Source: Octopus vulgaris (lineage: Eukaryota). From it: DNA of 64,000 nt. Both the position numbers and the translations under genes were made by a program. The notes under the pieces are model-generated. The model was not told the origin of the DNA and made no database searches. It saw nothing but the letters and a program-made list of their open reading frames with translations. Positions 29,446 to 42,860 of the stretch are shown here, piece by piece. The stretch is taken from contig OX597826.1 in assembly GCA_951406725.2 (NCBI GenBank), forward strand, positions 11,842,001 to 11,906,000, read 5' to 3'. How positions within the stretch are numbered: position 1 is the first letter of the stretch; each line of letters begins with the position of its first letter.

Positions 29446-29926
29446 TAGAGATATGTGTGTGTGTATGTGTGTGTTTATGTGTATTAATGCGTTGTGTGTG
29501 TATGTACACGTGTGTCAGCGTGGTGCGTGTATGTGAGCGTATGTGTGTTTGTTGCATGGTTCAGTGGTTAGGGCGTTTGGCTCCCGATTGTTAAGTCATT
29601 CCAGCCGGAACTTTTCCTCTTGAGCAAGGCACTTTAATTCACATTGCTCCAGTTAGCTAAGATTAATGTCGGTTTCAGGGAGATGTGGAGAGGTTTTGTA
29701 CACTCACGTTACCTAAATGCTTTGAAAATACACAACTACTGTTATACGATTTAGTACGCTTGAAGAAAACTTAAATTTAACACGCGCACATACAAACGCA
29801 TACACATATATACATATGTATATAAATACATGAATTCATATATATATATATATGTGTGTGTGTGTATATTTGTGAGTGTGTGTGTATATATATAAAGATG
29901 CATATATTTATATGTATATATACGTA

Positions 29927-30011
<85 letters not shown>

Positions 30012-30059
30012 GTCTGTCTAACTACCTATATATATTTTTATCTATCTTTATATATTCTT

Positions 30060-30650
30060 CAGGAGAATAGACCAAGAAGTCATGTTGATTCTATGAAAAA
30101 CCATTTTTCCTCCACCGCTTGGACCATTGCTCTCAGCTGTGGTCATCACACAGTTTCAAACTGAGAGCGGAGCTTGAAGCTATCCGAGGCGACTTCACTG
30201 AAAAATTGCCACAGTGCAGTAGATGAACTACTGAGGGAGGAAGAAAAACTACGACTTTACTCCTTGAAGCGAATGCGCGAGAGATGTATAATAATAAATT
30301 ACATATGGAAAATCATGGGAGGGCTAGTATCTAACTTCAGCATCAAGTGTTGTACAAATGCTTATAATGAATGCCATTGCGTTGTACCAAACGTACTGCC
30401 CACTCACACTAAGCTGAGGGCCGGGTACTGCAATAGCTCCGAAGGCCCACAGCTATTTAATGCTCTGCCAAAACAATTAAGATACCTGCCATCAGAAACA
30501 GAATTGGACTTTCACCTTTCCACGATACCAAATGAACTAACATCGCTGTATGAAATACAGATGAGAGTATGCGGTGTCAAACGACCTCCTGCACCAAATG
30601 GGTCAATGACCCGGAAAAGAGCATATGCAAGTGTGTTGATGTGAAATCTC
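30060..30650 (+). pseudogene. CR1-clade LINE 3' ORF2 fossil
   Basis: LRLYSLKRMRERCIIINYIWKIMGGLV..GPQLFNALPKQLR, typical CR1 C-terminal motifs. Confidence 0.75.
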
Positions 30651-30711
30651 ACCACGCAGAATAAATCAACCGCATAAGAAGGCTGTGGAAATAATATAAA
30701 GAATAATATAT

Positions 30712-31981
30712 TGTTACGAGGGGTAGGACCTCCGATTCGAACTGTTACGGAAATCCTCACACAGGCCCGTTCGATGCAGCGAATAAGCTACGGAAACTCG
30801 TCGGAGAGAGGAGAGAGAGAGATATACACAACAACAACAACCGCAGCAGCACAGAGATACAGAGAGGCAATGAGGCAAGGCAACACTGGCAACAACTACT
30901 GGCTTACATTTAACAACAGTTTATATGACAATCAATTGTTACACATCAAATACATTTAAAGGAAACATGCACGTGACAACTCAATACATCTCCACAACAG
31001 ATCAAAGCATTTAAAGGAAACATGCAAGTAACAATATAACAGTCCGGTAACGACACAACAAGTCCAGATCAAATAATGTTCACGATACGTCACAGTCCAA
31101 TCAGAACACTTCGATACATTATGCAATGTTCGTATCACAACAATTCACGTTACAATTCAAAGTTCATTATAATCTTTTTCTACACATATCAACACAATTC
31201 AGAACATAAATACCACAACTCAATAATCGACATATCGACAAGTCCTCTACTCAATTCACAATGTTCTTTATCGACTACATCAGAGTCCTTCTTTTCTCTC
31301 TTCTTTCTCTTCTTTTCTTTTACATCGTAACATGTATCAATACATAATCAAATACCTTAATTCCTAATTGAATCGCCAGTGTCCCATACTGCACCTCATC
31401 TCTCTCTCAATACTGCTAACTCCAGCTTGCCAACTCTCGCATCCCAATCGCTTGCTCCTAAAATTCCAACCCCTTGCCGACTTCCAAGATCCGTCTGTCC
31501 TCTTTGACGACCGACTACCAACTCCCTCACTTGCTCTCTCCTTATATCCTCTCTATCTGCCCTGGTCCCTAACTGCCTATCTTCCTCTGCCTGTCCTATC
31601 GCCTGCTGCTGCTACCCTCTCATGACAGGTCTGCCATACTCTCTGCCTGTCCTTCTCTGCCCCCTCATCCTCTCTCACTGCTAATATCCTCTCTATCTGC
31701 CCTGGTCCCTGGCTGCCTGTCCTCCTCTGCCCCTCATCCTCTCTCAGTGCCAATATCCTCTCTATCTGCTCTCAGATTCCTTACTCTATCTTTTTCTCAC
31801 TACTGCTAGATTCTTCCTCTTCTTCAAGGGGTGTCTAGAACGACCCCTAATTCACCCGCACAAGGCCAGAGGTCCCATTAATCTCCCAGTAAACAAAGGA
31901 CTGTCTCTTTTCTTCCAGACGTGCCGGCGCCACCATTCCAAAGTGGGTCACCAAGAACTGCACTTAGCCAAACTCATAACA
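30712..31981. mobile_element. Probable solo LTR (~1.27 kb) with internal CT-rich repeats
   Basis: Starts TGTTACGAG and ends CTCATAACA (TG..CA with 9-bp terminal inverted repeat, 1 mismatch); flanks ATAT/CTAT; internal TATCCTCTCTATCTGC repeats at 31540-31770. Confidence 0.65.
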
Positions 31982-33231
31982 CTATGTATGCATCTATGTA
32001 TATGTATACCTATGTATATATGTATATATATATATATATATTTGAATATTCTCTTTCTATATATATGTATATATATATGTATATATATATATATACATAT
32101 ATATACATATGTACATATATACGTATGTATGTATGTATGCATGTATGTATGTATGTATGTATGTATGTATGTATGTATGTATGTATTTATGCATGTGTGT
32201 GTATGTATGCATGTGTGTATCTATGCTACAGAACCTCCCAAAACTAGACACCAGTATCTAAGCGTTATCTGAGCCTAATTAGAATACCTACGAAGAAAAA
32301 AACCAACCAATATCAGTGTAAACGATTCCCACAAACTATGTGTTCACAAACACTTTCTAATATACAAGAATGAAAGTAGCATAAAAAAATATGTATTCCC
32401 ATCATCAGCTGCCAAACGGATATCACTATGATTTCGACACTTGCGTACTTCCATTCACTCCGGCATTGAACAGCGCTAAAGATATAAACACTGCCTGAGA
32501 ATCCAGCAGCTCATTACTACAACTAACAACATCAAAGTAAATAGATAGTATTAACATATAAGTGCTATTTTGTAATTATATGTTAATACTGTAATAAAGA
32601 CAACATATAATGGACAACATATTCGAGCTATGTACAAGGAAAAGGAAAAGATCAATATCTATGAAGCAAGGTCAATGCTATAAGATATGCTAACCAGATA
32701 AACTGTTTATTCAAAATAAAGCATTAAAATAAAAAAGGTAAATGAAATCGAATTTAATAAAATAATTATATTGATATGAATATATATATATATATATACA
32801 CATATATGCTTCTATAACTAAAACAAATAACTAATATTACGTCCCAACTACAAAAAGATTAAATAATATATTTTAATTGAGTAGCCAGCAAGCTCGTTAG
32901 TCTATAAATACACACTCACACACCTATTATCAATGTAATTAAAGTAAATTTACTTGTATATCTAGTATCCCGAAAGTATACTAATATGCTTTCCTGAACA
33001 GATTTTAGCACAAACTTGCACCTCCTGCAATTTATGAGACTAGAAGAACTCTGAATACGCTGGCTGTTTACCTGAACGATTTCTATCCCAGGCTACCGTT
33101 CTAGTTTTTTTAGAAACGGACATAATTTGTTGTCGCAAACTACTGGTCAAAAACATTTGTCTCTCATATAATTAAAGTAGTTGAGACAATGTTGAGATCA
33201 AAATTAATTAGAAAAATTAAGCAAATATATA

Positions 33232-33396
33232 GGCGCAGTAGTGGCTGTGTGGTAAGTAGCTTGCTTACCAACCACAAGGTTCCGGGTTCAATCTCTCTGC
33301 GTGTCACTTTGGGCAAGTGTCTTCTACTATAGCCTCGCGCCGACCAAAGCCTTGTGAGAGGATTTGGTAGACGGAAACTGAATGAAGCCCGTTGTA

Positions 33397-33468
<72 letters not shown>

Positions 33469-33695
33469 AGTGTGTGTGTATGTGTGTTTGTGTGTTTGTG
33501 TGTCTGTATTTGTCCCCCTCAACATTGCTTGACAACCGATGCTGGTGTGTTTACGTCCCCGTAACTTAGTGGTTCGGCAAAAGAGACCGATAGAATAAGT
33601 ACTTGGCTTACAAACAATAAGTCCTGGGGTCGATTTGCTCGACTAAAGGCGGTGCTCCAGTATTGCCACAGTCAAATGACTGAAAAAGTAAAAGT
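33232..33695 (+). mobile_element. SINE family A
   Basis: Full copy. Confidence 0.9.
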
Positions 33696-34019
33696 GTAAA
33701 ATGGATTTCCATCGGGGGATTTAGTTGAATTAGTTGCACATTGAATTAACATGGACGTGGATGTATTTTCCATAAATATGTGCACACAAAATGTAATCCT
33801 TGGGCACAATCAGCACGACACGGTGTGTGACAAGTGACAAAGTTGTACTTATACCTTATGATTTACAGGTGCAATCCGTCCGATGGGCTTCTGCACAGTT
33901 TCCGTCCAACCAATTTAATACACAGAATTATAGTGAAAAATACTTATCCTAGAATGCCACGAAGATCTTGTTGATTCCGAAGAAAATTTATTAATCATTC
34001 GTCATGAATAACTGAACAC

Positions 34020-34900
34020 TTGCAGAAGATCAATTCCAAGAATTCCAACCATCATGTCTAAGGCTATTCAACGTTTATAGTACTTTGGGAGCGGACTCAA
34101 ATAAAGTATTTTGGGAGAGGACTCAAATAGATATGTCACACATCTTGAGTTCAGCAAGGTCTTTGAGAGAATTCTACTGTAGGATTCTATTGCAAAACCT
34201 ATCCGGCCCTAGAATCCAAGAAAATGACCTGCATTAGATTAAAGGTTTCTTGGTAAACACATCTCAATACGTGATTTTTTAATATCCACCTAAACGCACC
34301 GAAATCAATATTGGTGTCCCTCAACGCACTGAACTGAGCGTACATTTCGATAATTTACAAAAACATATCACAACGATCAACCACTGCAAATTAAAAAAAA
34401 ATCTGTTTATTGACGATTCAAAGCTTCAGAAAGTTATAAACGCAGTAACGGAACTAATTAAATCCTAATTCGACCTTTATATAGCAAATCGATAGACGAA
34501 ATAAAACTACATACCACTAAACGAAGAAAAAATTTTTATATCAACCACTTTGGTAAAAAGTATATGCTGATATAACTGCATATCGTTCTCCCAGGAGAAC
34601 ATCTTATGGCGTCTAATAGTATTAGATATTTACTATTAATTGTCGACAAAAATTCCTTGTTGGAACATTTCCATCAACAATAAAGGCGACAGAATGAGCT
34701 ATAGGATCTTCAGAACTTCCTTTCTCTGATATCACCATCATTTCTATTCTCTATCTTTCCAAAGTCTGATTTAGATATCTAGAATAATATTCTCTCATAC
34801 CAAACAAAATATTACGAGAATTGAGTCACTACAAAAGATAATTACAAAAATAATATAAACAGTATTCCATGCGTTGGTTATGTGGGGTCATATCTAACAC
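34020..34900 (+). pseudogene. Old CR1/L2-group reverse transcriptase fossil
   Basis: Remnants HLEFSKVFE (LDFSKAFD), IGVPQRT (SGVPQGT), FIDDSKL (FADD), many stops. Confidence 0.7.
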
Positions 34901-34989
34901 TGAAGCTCTGTATGAACAATTGATAAAATGTGAATATTAACCCATTTTCAATGTACAAAATACACCAATTTGTGAAAACGGTGAACTGT

Positions 34990-35600
34990 GATTTATGGAA
35001 GATTTGGTTGATATTTCTAGCTGGTTAAAGGACCACGTGAGGGTTCCCTTGATTCTTTTCTTGAATCAACGCTACTGTTTACTTCGAGGTCATCCTTAAT
35101 GAAGTACACCGATGATCAAATGCATTCTAACCTGACCAATTCGTATTTTCTTCATACAATATTAAATGGAGATACACAGCAGAATCTAGTTTTTTAAACT
35201 CAGTATGGTACGACAAGAAGATTTTGCCGTTATTTCTAGCAGCCAAAAAGACCACATAACGACTCCTCTCTAACACCGATGTTATCGTTTTGCTCTATGT
35301 TAGCAGTATTTAAGGAAACCTATGATCAAAACCACTACAACCGTGATTATCTCATTCTTAATATTTTTTCTATTTAATCATATGAGACGTAAGATTACAT
35401 TTCTTACTGTACCATTATTCTGGAGAGTTGAGAATTGAGGGAGATTTGCCTGCTATTTCTAACGAGCTGAGTCGCTACATTGGAATCGTCATATAAACTA
35501 ATCAATACTGTTGTTGCTTAGCCGCAGGTCATCTCTGTTTAAACACACGTTTGATCAACGGTTAACCTGACAAGACCATCACGCCTATATTTTTCAGACA
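34990..35600 (+). repeat. Decayed tandem of ~220-bp units
   Basis: GATTTGG..TATTTCTAGC motif at ~35000, ~35220, ~35445, each followed by a TGATCAA motif; further copy at ~36510. Confidence 0.55.
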
Positions 35601-35648
35601 ATGTGTTTGAGATGATGAGGGTAATCTTGATTGTAATGGTGTTGAAAG

Positions 35649-35747
35649 TCATCATCATCATCATCATCATCATCATAATCATCATAATCATCATAATCCT
35701 CCTCCTCCTCCTCATCATCATCATCATCATCATCATCATTGTTGTTG

Positions 35748-35814
<67 letters not shown>

Positions 35815-35815
35815 G
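35649..35815. repeat. (CAT)n/(ATT)n microsatellite
   Basis: Direct reading. Confidence 0.9.
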
Positions 35816-36683
35816 CAGATGAGAATTATTACTGTAACGCCGACAAAAAAGGTGTTAATAGTGATGATGGCGACGATGACGATGATGAAAATGCAGGTGA
35901 CAACGTCAACATAAGGTGTTATCGATGACAGCTATGAATATATTTTTGTATTTATTTTATAATATATATGTATTTCAAACAGAAATATTTGTCGGCGCTT
36001 ATTAACAGTTTTATTATATAGTTGTAACAAACTGTGCCAATATTGATCTGGGGATCATCAGGTAACGGCTATTACTGATTTCTTCTGAATGTTGTTGTTA
36101 TTGAATTTGCTGTTGCTGTTGTTGTTATTGATTTTGTTGTTGTTGTTGGTGTTATTGTTGGTGTTGCGACCTTTGTAGCTGCGGTTGTTGTTGCTGCTGC
36201 GGTTGTTGTTGCTGCAGCTAGACTTATTGTCAATATCATGATACTTTTATAGTTGCTATTGATGTTCTTATTGATGTTCTTATTGATGTTGGTGTCATTA
36301 CGTTTGGTAATCTGTTGTCATTCTCCTAAGTGTTAATATCGCAATTGCTGTTATTGTTGTTGTTGAATTTGTTGTTGTTGTCAATGGCGTTGTTCTCATC
36401 GTTGACTAAAATAATAAAAAAACATAAAACTGCATTTTACTCTGACAAAATGTAACTTGGATTACACCACTCAAAGATTTTTTTTAAAGAGACACAGCGT
36501 GATATAAGGGTGATTTTGCTCCTATTTCTTGCACATCACATGGTATAACAGAAACTCCCTCGTTGATGTTACTGGTATTAGTGGTAGTTGTGGTGAAGAT
36601 GTTAGTGGTGGCAAAGGAGATGTTAGAAGTGATGTTGGTTGGTATTCGCGGGGGTAATTTTTAATGGTGGTATTATTAATAGT

Positions 36684-36922
36684 AAGGCGGCGAGCTGGCA
36701 GACACGTTAGCGCGCCGGGCGAAATGCGTAGCCGTATTTCGTCAGCCGTTACGTTCTGAGTTCAAATTCCGCCGAGGTCGATTTTGCCTTTCATCCTTTC
36801 GGGGTCGATAAATTAAGTACCAGTTACGCACTGGGGTCGATTTAATCGACTTAATCCGTTTGTCTGTCCTTGCTTGTCCCCTCTGTGTTTAACCCTTTGT
36901 GGGTAATAAAAAAATAGGTATT
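36684..36922 (+). mobile_element. SINE family B
   Basis: Full young copy. Confidence 0.9.
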
Positions 36923-37046
36923 ATTGATGGTAATAGATCTAGTGGTAGTAGTAGTAGTAGTGGTTGTGCTATTTCCGTAAATATATTCCGAATTTTATTG
37001 CTATTGTTGATCATATTATTGTTATTGATGTCGTTGTTGATGCATG

Positions 37047-37440
37047 TTTGTTTGTTTGTTTGTTTGTTAGAGCGAAGCGGTCTTCGTCCCAGAGTGGGAG
37101 AAGTCCGAAACGTGGTCCTTTGCTACTCGTAAGACCCGCAGAAGAGAAAGCAGGTCAACCCCCGACACCGAAAGCATCGACGGATGGATGAATGCGCATC
37201 CAGGCTCAGCGGTTGTGTAGGAAGTCGGGGACAAGAAACAGGAGGAAAGAGTGAGAGAAAGTTGGGGCGAAAGAGTACAACAGGGGTCGCCACCCCCATA
37301 CCCCTGCCGGAGCCTCGTGGAACTTCAGGTGTTTTCGCTCAATAAACACACACAACGCCCGGTCTGGGAATCGAAACCGCGATCCTCCGACCGCGAGTCC
37401 GCTGCCCTAACCACTGGGCCACTGGGCCATTGCGCCTCCA
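37047..37440 (-). mobile_element. SINE family C, tail type 2 ending in (AAAC)n
   Basis: Family C head; flanking GTTGTTGATGC TSD; near-identical to 38450-38838. Confidence 0.88.
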
Positions 37441-37546
37441 CTGTTGTTGATGCTGTTCTTCATGCTGATATTGTTGATGTTATTTACGCTTTTGCTAATG
37501 TTGTTGTTGATACTGAAGTTGTTCTTGTCGTTACTGATGTTCTCTG

Positions 37547-37914
37547 TGACCTCCGCTTTCGCTAAGGCAGAGGTATTGTTTCAGTTGTCTTTGTTTGTTT
37601 GACAATGGACAAGATATCTCAAGAACCGCTGGATGGATTCGAGTGAAACTTTCAGGGATGTTTGGCCTCGTGACTGGCACGAACTGATTAGATTTCGGGA
37701 TCGATCCGGTACCAGACAAGGATTCTGGATTATTTTCCCTGTTTCTTCTTCTTTTTTTTTTTCGAGAGCGGTCGAGTTCATTTTTAGCATTCTCATTTGT
37801 GAGAGCAGTCGAGTTTATTTCAGATATCCTCATTTTAAAAATCATCTTCGGCTAATCGTTGAGAGGACGTTGGTGTTGTCTTGGCAGAGGTTTGCGCTCT
37901 CTCAGTTCTCTTGT
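37547..37914 (+). mobile_element. Non-autonomous Helentron/DINE-1-like element
   Basis: 5' ACCTCCGC..GGCAGAGGT palindrome, (GTTT)n, ..GGATGGATT..TGAAACTT core, 3' subterminal GGCAGAGGT + GCGCTCTCTCAGTTC stem-loop remnant. Confidence 0.7.
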
Positions 37915-37934
37915 TATTATTGCTGTCGTTTAAG

Positions 37935-38310
37935 TGGGCGAGGTGGCAGAATCATTAGGACACCGGACAAAATGTCTAGCGACATTTCATCCGTTTTTAC
38001 GTTTTGAGTTCAAATGCTACCGAGGTCGACTCTGCATTTCATTCTTTCGAGGTCGATAAAATAAGTACCAGTCAGGTACTGGGGTCAATGTAATCGACTA
38101 GCCCCTCCCACCAAATTTCAGGCTTTATGCCTATAATACTAAGAATATTATTAATGTTCTTGTTAATATTGCAGTTGATGTACAAAGCAGTGAGCTAGTA
38201 GAATCGTTAGCACGGAGGCAAATTTTTTTTAGTGACGTTTTGTTCATCTTTACGTTGTGAGTTCAAATTTCGCCCAGATCGACTTTGCCTTTCATCCGTT
38301 CGGGGTTAGC
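37935..38310 (+). mobile_element. Two diverged SINE family B copies
   Basis: GAGTTCAAAT..GAGGTCGAC..TTTCAT core twice. Confidence 0.7.
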
Positions 38311-38449
38311 AGAATAAGGCTGAAGGCTCCTCGCTCTCCGATATTCTAACCTTCTGTCAGAATTTGAAACCAGTATTGCTGTTGTTATTGTTGTTGTAAT
38401 AACGGCTTATGTTGCTGTAGTTAAAAACTTTGTTGTTGCTGCTACTGAT

Positions 38450-38838
38450 TTGTTTGTTTGTTTGTTGAGCGAAGCGGTCTTCGTCCCATTTGTCTGTAAT
38501 GGGAGAAGTCCGAAACGTGGTCCTTTGCTATTCGTAAGACCCGCAGAAGAGAGAGCAGGTCAACCCGCGACACCGAGAGCGTCGACGGATGGATGAATGC
38601 GCATCCAGGCTCAGCGGTTGCGTAGGAAGTCGGGGACAAGAAACAGGAGGAAAGAGTGAGAGAAAGTTGTAGCGAAAGAGTACAACAGGGGTCGCCACCC
38701 CCATACCCACTGCCGGAGCCTCGTGGAGCTTTAGGTGTTTTCGCTCAATAAACACACACAACGCCCGGTCTGGGAATCGAAACCGCGACCCTCCGACCGC
38801 GAGTCCGCTGCCCTAACCACTGGGCCATTGCGCCTCCA
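38450..38838 (-). mobile_element. SINE family C, tail type 2
   Basis: TSD TGCTGCTACTGAT on both sides. Confidence 0.9.
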
Positions 38839-38988
38839 ACTGCTGCTACTGATACAGTTTTCCTGCCGTTGTTTGTGGTGTTGCTAATATTAGTTAACGA
38901 TATAAATAGCCGTGTTATTCTTTCTGCTCTTCTTGTAAGTTGTAATTGATGATGATGGAAGAGGAAGAATGATGACGACTGTGTCACC

Positions 38989-39067
<79 letters not shown>

Positions 39068-39669
39068 TTGATGATGATGAGGATGATGATGCTAACGTTG
39101 CTATAGCTGCTGATGTTGCTGTTGTTGCAAAGGATTTAATTAATATTTTCTCTTTTGAAACCTGAAGCCATATTAATTGGATGGAGCTGGGATTGAAACT
39201 GAATTAGTTAAATGACCATGAAACACAATATTGCTGATGGTTAATTGCTTCTGTCCTTTGTAGCATTTTAATGATGATGATGATGATGATCATAATGATG
39301 ATGATGATGTTGATAATTTGATACTACAACAATGATGATGATGATGATGATATTATTAATAATACTGATAATATTAGTTTCGTCTTCATTTGGTGTAATA
39401 TCGGAATGCGCATGTGGATGTACGAAGTTATGTGAAAACGGGGATAGACGGGGCCAAAAGCTATACAATGTAAGATAGCATTGAAAATTCTGATAAAATG
39501 CAGATAAAAATTCACAAAATTCCGTTCAATAAATGCATGCACACGTACATGCTGCTATCCTTTCTTTGCTTTCATTCATACTTGCATATACACGCGCATA
39601 TATACATGTGCTCGTTCATTCATGCATAAGTACACACATGCATACATGTACGCATACGTATATATGTGT

Positions 39670-39892
39670 GAAGGCGCGTGGCTCAGTGGTTAGGGCATTT
39701 GGCTCATGATCGTAAGGTCGTGAGTTCAATTCCCGGCAACGTGTTTTGTCCTTGAGCAAGACACTTTATTTCACGTTGCTCCAGTTCATTCAGCTGGTAA
39801 GAATGAGTAGTATCGGTGTTTCAAAGGGCCTGCCTTGTCACACTCTGTGTTACGATGAATCTCCTTCGTCGTCGTAACCGATAGAGTGCTCC
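39670..39892 (+). mobile_element. SINE family D (internally deleted)
   Basis: GAAGGCGCGTGGCTCAGTGGTTAGG..TTGAGCAAGACACTTTATTTCAC..GTCGTAACCGA. Confidence 0.8.
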
Positions 39893-39928
39893 ATATATGT
39901 GTATGTGTGTGTGCGTGTGTGTGTGTGA

Positions 39929-39973
<45 letters not shown>

Positions 39974-40804
39974 CATACTCACACTCACAGATATACACAT
40001 ATGTATATATACTCTTGGAGTAAAACGCGATTAAGTCATCCTACTACTTCTTTCTGCGTCAGACACTGGGAGCTTGTAGCCCAAAAGCTACCCGTGAGCG
40101 TCTCTGAAGTTTGACTAAGTGAAAATTCTCCCATGTCCTTAGAATGGTTTTACTCTAGCAGAGTTTAGTACAATTTTTTAAAAACAATCATTCAAGTGTT
40201 TCCCAATATCAAAATCCATCTCTTTCTCAATCAGCGAATTTTTCCTGACTTCTTCCTTGAATTCGCTTAACATATCTACCTCTTCATCGTTCGTTACTCG
40301 AATAACCGAGAATTTTATGCAGTTTGAAAGGAGGTGAGTTGCTCTTCAGCTGCGGAGCTGCAAATCTAACAATTACTTCTGGTTATTAAATATAGGCTTT
40401 ATCACTTCATACTTCAGTGTTTCCATCAGATAGACCTGAACTGTAGAAGGCGTGTTTCCAGAAAAAGCGATTGAACAGGCGCTTTAATATAATCAGAATT
40501 AAACTGGAGCAAGGTACAACGATCAGATGGTAATACATGATGCAGATCTTCCGTTCAGACTATTTTGTTTATTACAGTAATGCTTTTTTTTCAAAGTGTT
40601 TCAGTGCCAGATATATAAAGGAGAAACTAGATGGGTTTTGATGTTGCAAAGGAGGAAGATATGGGCTTTGATTTTGAGAAACTGTTGGTACATAATGATG
40701 CACTCCACAAAGGTAAACGAAGTCAACTTTTGAAATCGTGTATTTGGAAATATGCACTCCATATATATGTATATGTATATTTACATGTATGTATATATAG
40801 GTAT

Positions 40805-41155
40805 ATTAGGTTGTCAAGAAAGTTCTTGCGGAATTTTAAAATTTGGTTTTAAATGATGTATTTTCAAATTAATTGTCATTAAATTACTTTGACTTTTTCG
40901 CTCTATCTAATCATGTTACTCTTTTTCTTTTTTGAATAATTAGGCCATTTTTTCTGGAATGTTGAACACAACATGGACAAAAAGCACATTCGCACAATTT
41001 TCTTATTCCAGTTCAAGCTAGGCCTAAAAGCTGCTGAAATAGCTCGCAATATCAACGATGCGTTTGACCCAGGAACCACTAATGAACGTACAGCACAATG
41101 GTGGTTCAAGAATTTTCGTAGCGGTGACGAGAGTCTTGATGATAAGCGAGACTAG
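40805..41155 (+). mobile_element. Mariner transposon 5' fragment (Hsmar1/cecropia-like)
   Basis: TA+TTAGGTTG.. TIR-like start; ORF 40973 MDKKHIRTIFLFQFKLGLKAAEIARNINDAF..NERTAQWWFKNFRSGDESLDD, truncated. Confidence 0.9.
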
Positions 41156-41264
41156 ATATTTTACACACAGATATATCTAATATCTATCTGTCGTGAAAAT
41201 TTCAAGTGAATGGATTAGATATTTCCTATGTTATGAGGAAATAAAGAAATTAACATCCAAACTG

Positions 41265-42455
41265 CAACAGCGAAAAGTTAAGGGTTATTTGGAAAAATAA
41301 TGAAAAATGGAACAAGGACAAAAAAACCCCTTACTATTAATATTTTGTGAACATCTCTTTAGTATAATGACCCCCTGACATCTGTTACTACAGGACTGAA
41401 TTAATTTCTTGTAAAATGATTGATTAATATTATTCCATTCGTTTTTCAATAATTCTCTTGGTTCTTTGGATTCCTCTTTCGCGCCCCATTTCCAATAATC
41501 TTCCAAACATTTTCTATAGGGATGAGATCGGGACTTTGAGGTGGTCAGTCCATGAGATCAACCCCTTTATCACTCAAAAAATCTCTGACTTCCTTTGCAG
41601 TGTGACGAAGAGCTTTGTCCTGCACGAAGATAGGAGGTTGAGCTGACGGGGATCGGAGATGTGGAAGGGTTTGCTGTCTAGGAATTTGTTTGTAGATTTC
41701 AGCATAGACAGTCTTTTGTAGGCGAATAAGTGGACCAGGACCAGCGGCAGAGATCACTCCCCATACCATTACACTGCTTCCTCTATATTTCACTGTCTTT
41801 TTCACACATGCACGAGATAACCTTTTGCCACTTCGTCGGACGTACATCCCGCCATCAGAACCAATCACATTATGCGTCGCTAAAATGAATCTGCAGCCGC
41901 TGTTCGTCTGTCTAAACGACATGTTCGTGAGCGAAACGTAGACTGGCTCTTTGATTCCTCTTGGAGATCAGAGGTTTCTTTGCCGGTGCCCGAGCAAGCA
42001 AACCAGAACCTCGTAACCTCCAAGAAACTTGACATCGGAAGTGGAGCTAAACTCGCGGGATATCTCAGCAGCACCCTTAAACCTATCCTTCAGTGACATT
42101 CTAACCATAATACGATCCTGTCTTGGTGAAGTTTTACGCGGTCTATCGGTTTTGGGTTTAGCATCTGTCGATCCCGATGACTTAAATCAAGCTACAATTC
42201 GTTGCACAACAGTTCTAGACCTTCCTACAGTATTTGCTATTAAAGAATTTCGCTCGACCGCTTGGTAAATGCACACAGTCCTTAGTTTTTCATCGTAGGA
42301 CATCGGTCACCTCCCACAAGCCGCCATGTTGACAGTGGAATGTTCCAATAACGCAAGATCATAAGAAGTAATCGTCAGTCAATTAACATCCTTCTAAACA
42401 ACAAATACCTCGGTTAGTAAATTTTTTCTAAGTGACCCCTAACTTTTGACCGCTG
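41265..42455 (-). mobile_element. Degenerate Tc1-like DD34E transposon
   Basis: KTVKYRGSSVMVWGVISAAGPGPL, FVQDKALRH, SPDL/IENVW remnants; degenerate TIRs CAACAGCGAAAAGTTAAGGG / CAGCGGTCAAAAGTTAGGGG. Confidence 0.88.
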
Positions 42456-42554
42456 CAATTTGGAAGATTGTTTATTTCCTCATAACGTGCTGTTAATTTT
42501 CTATAATAACTATTTCGATACACTTGTTCTTACTGACCCGTATTTTATGGCCGC

Positions 42555-42622
<68 letters not shown>

Positions 42623-42631
<9 letters not shown>

Positions 42632-42860
42632 AATTAGGGTATCTACGACATACCACCATGCTGAATATAACACCCATCATCTGACTCTAAAACCACCTCA
42701 ATTGTCCATATATCAACACGGAGAGAAAACAAAGAGACAAGATGAAACTAGTGTTTTCTCTCCGTGTTGATATATGGACAATTTAGGTGGTTTTAAAGTC
42801 AGATCATGGCTGCTATTTCCAGCATGGTGGCATCTCCTAGATACCCTAATTTATAATTTT
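42623..42860. repeat. Foldback inverted repeat, ~109-bp arms, 20-bp loop, abutting (TA)n
   Basis: 42623-42731 is the reverse complement of 42752-42860; inner ~30 bp nearly perfect. Confidence 0.88.

Noticed and set aside
40180-40760. Short acidic ORF-like stretches (EKEMDFDIGKHL on minus; KEEDMGFDFEKLL on plus)
   Set aside because: No recognisable domain or convincing exon structure.
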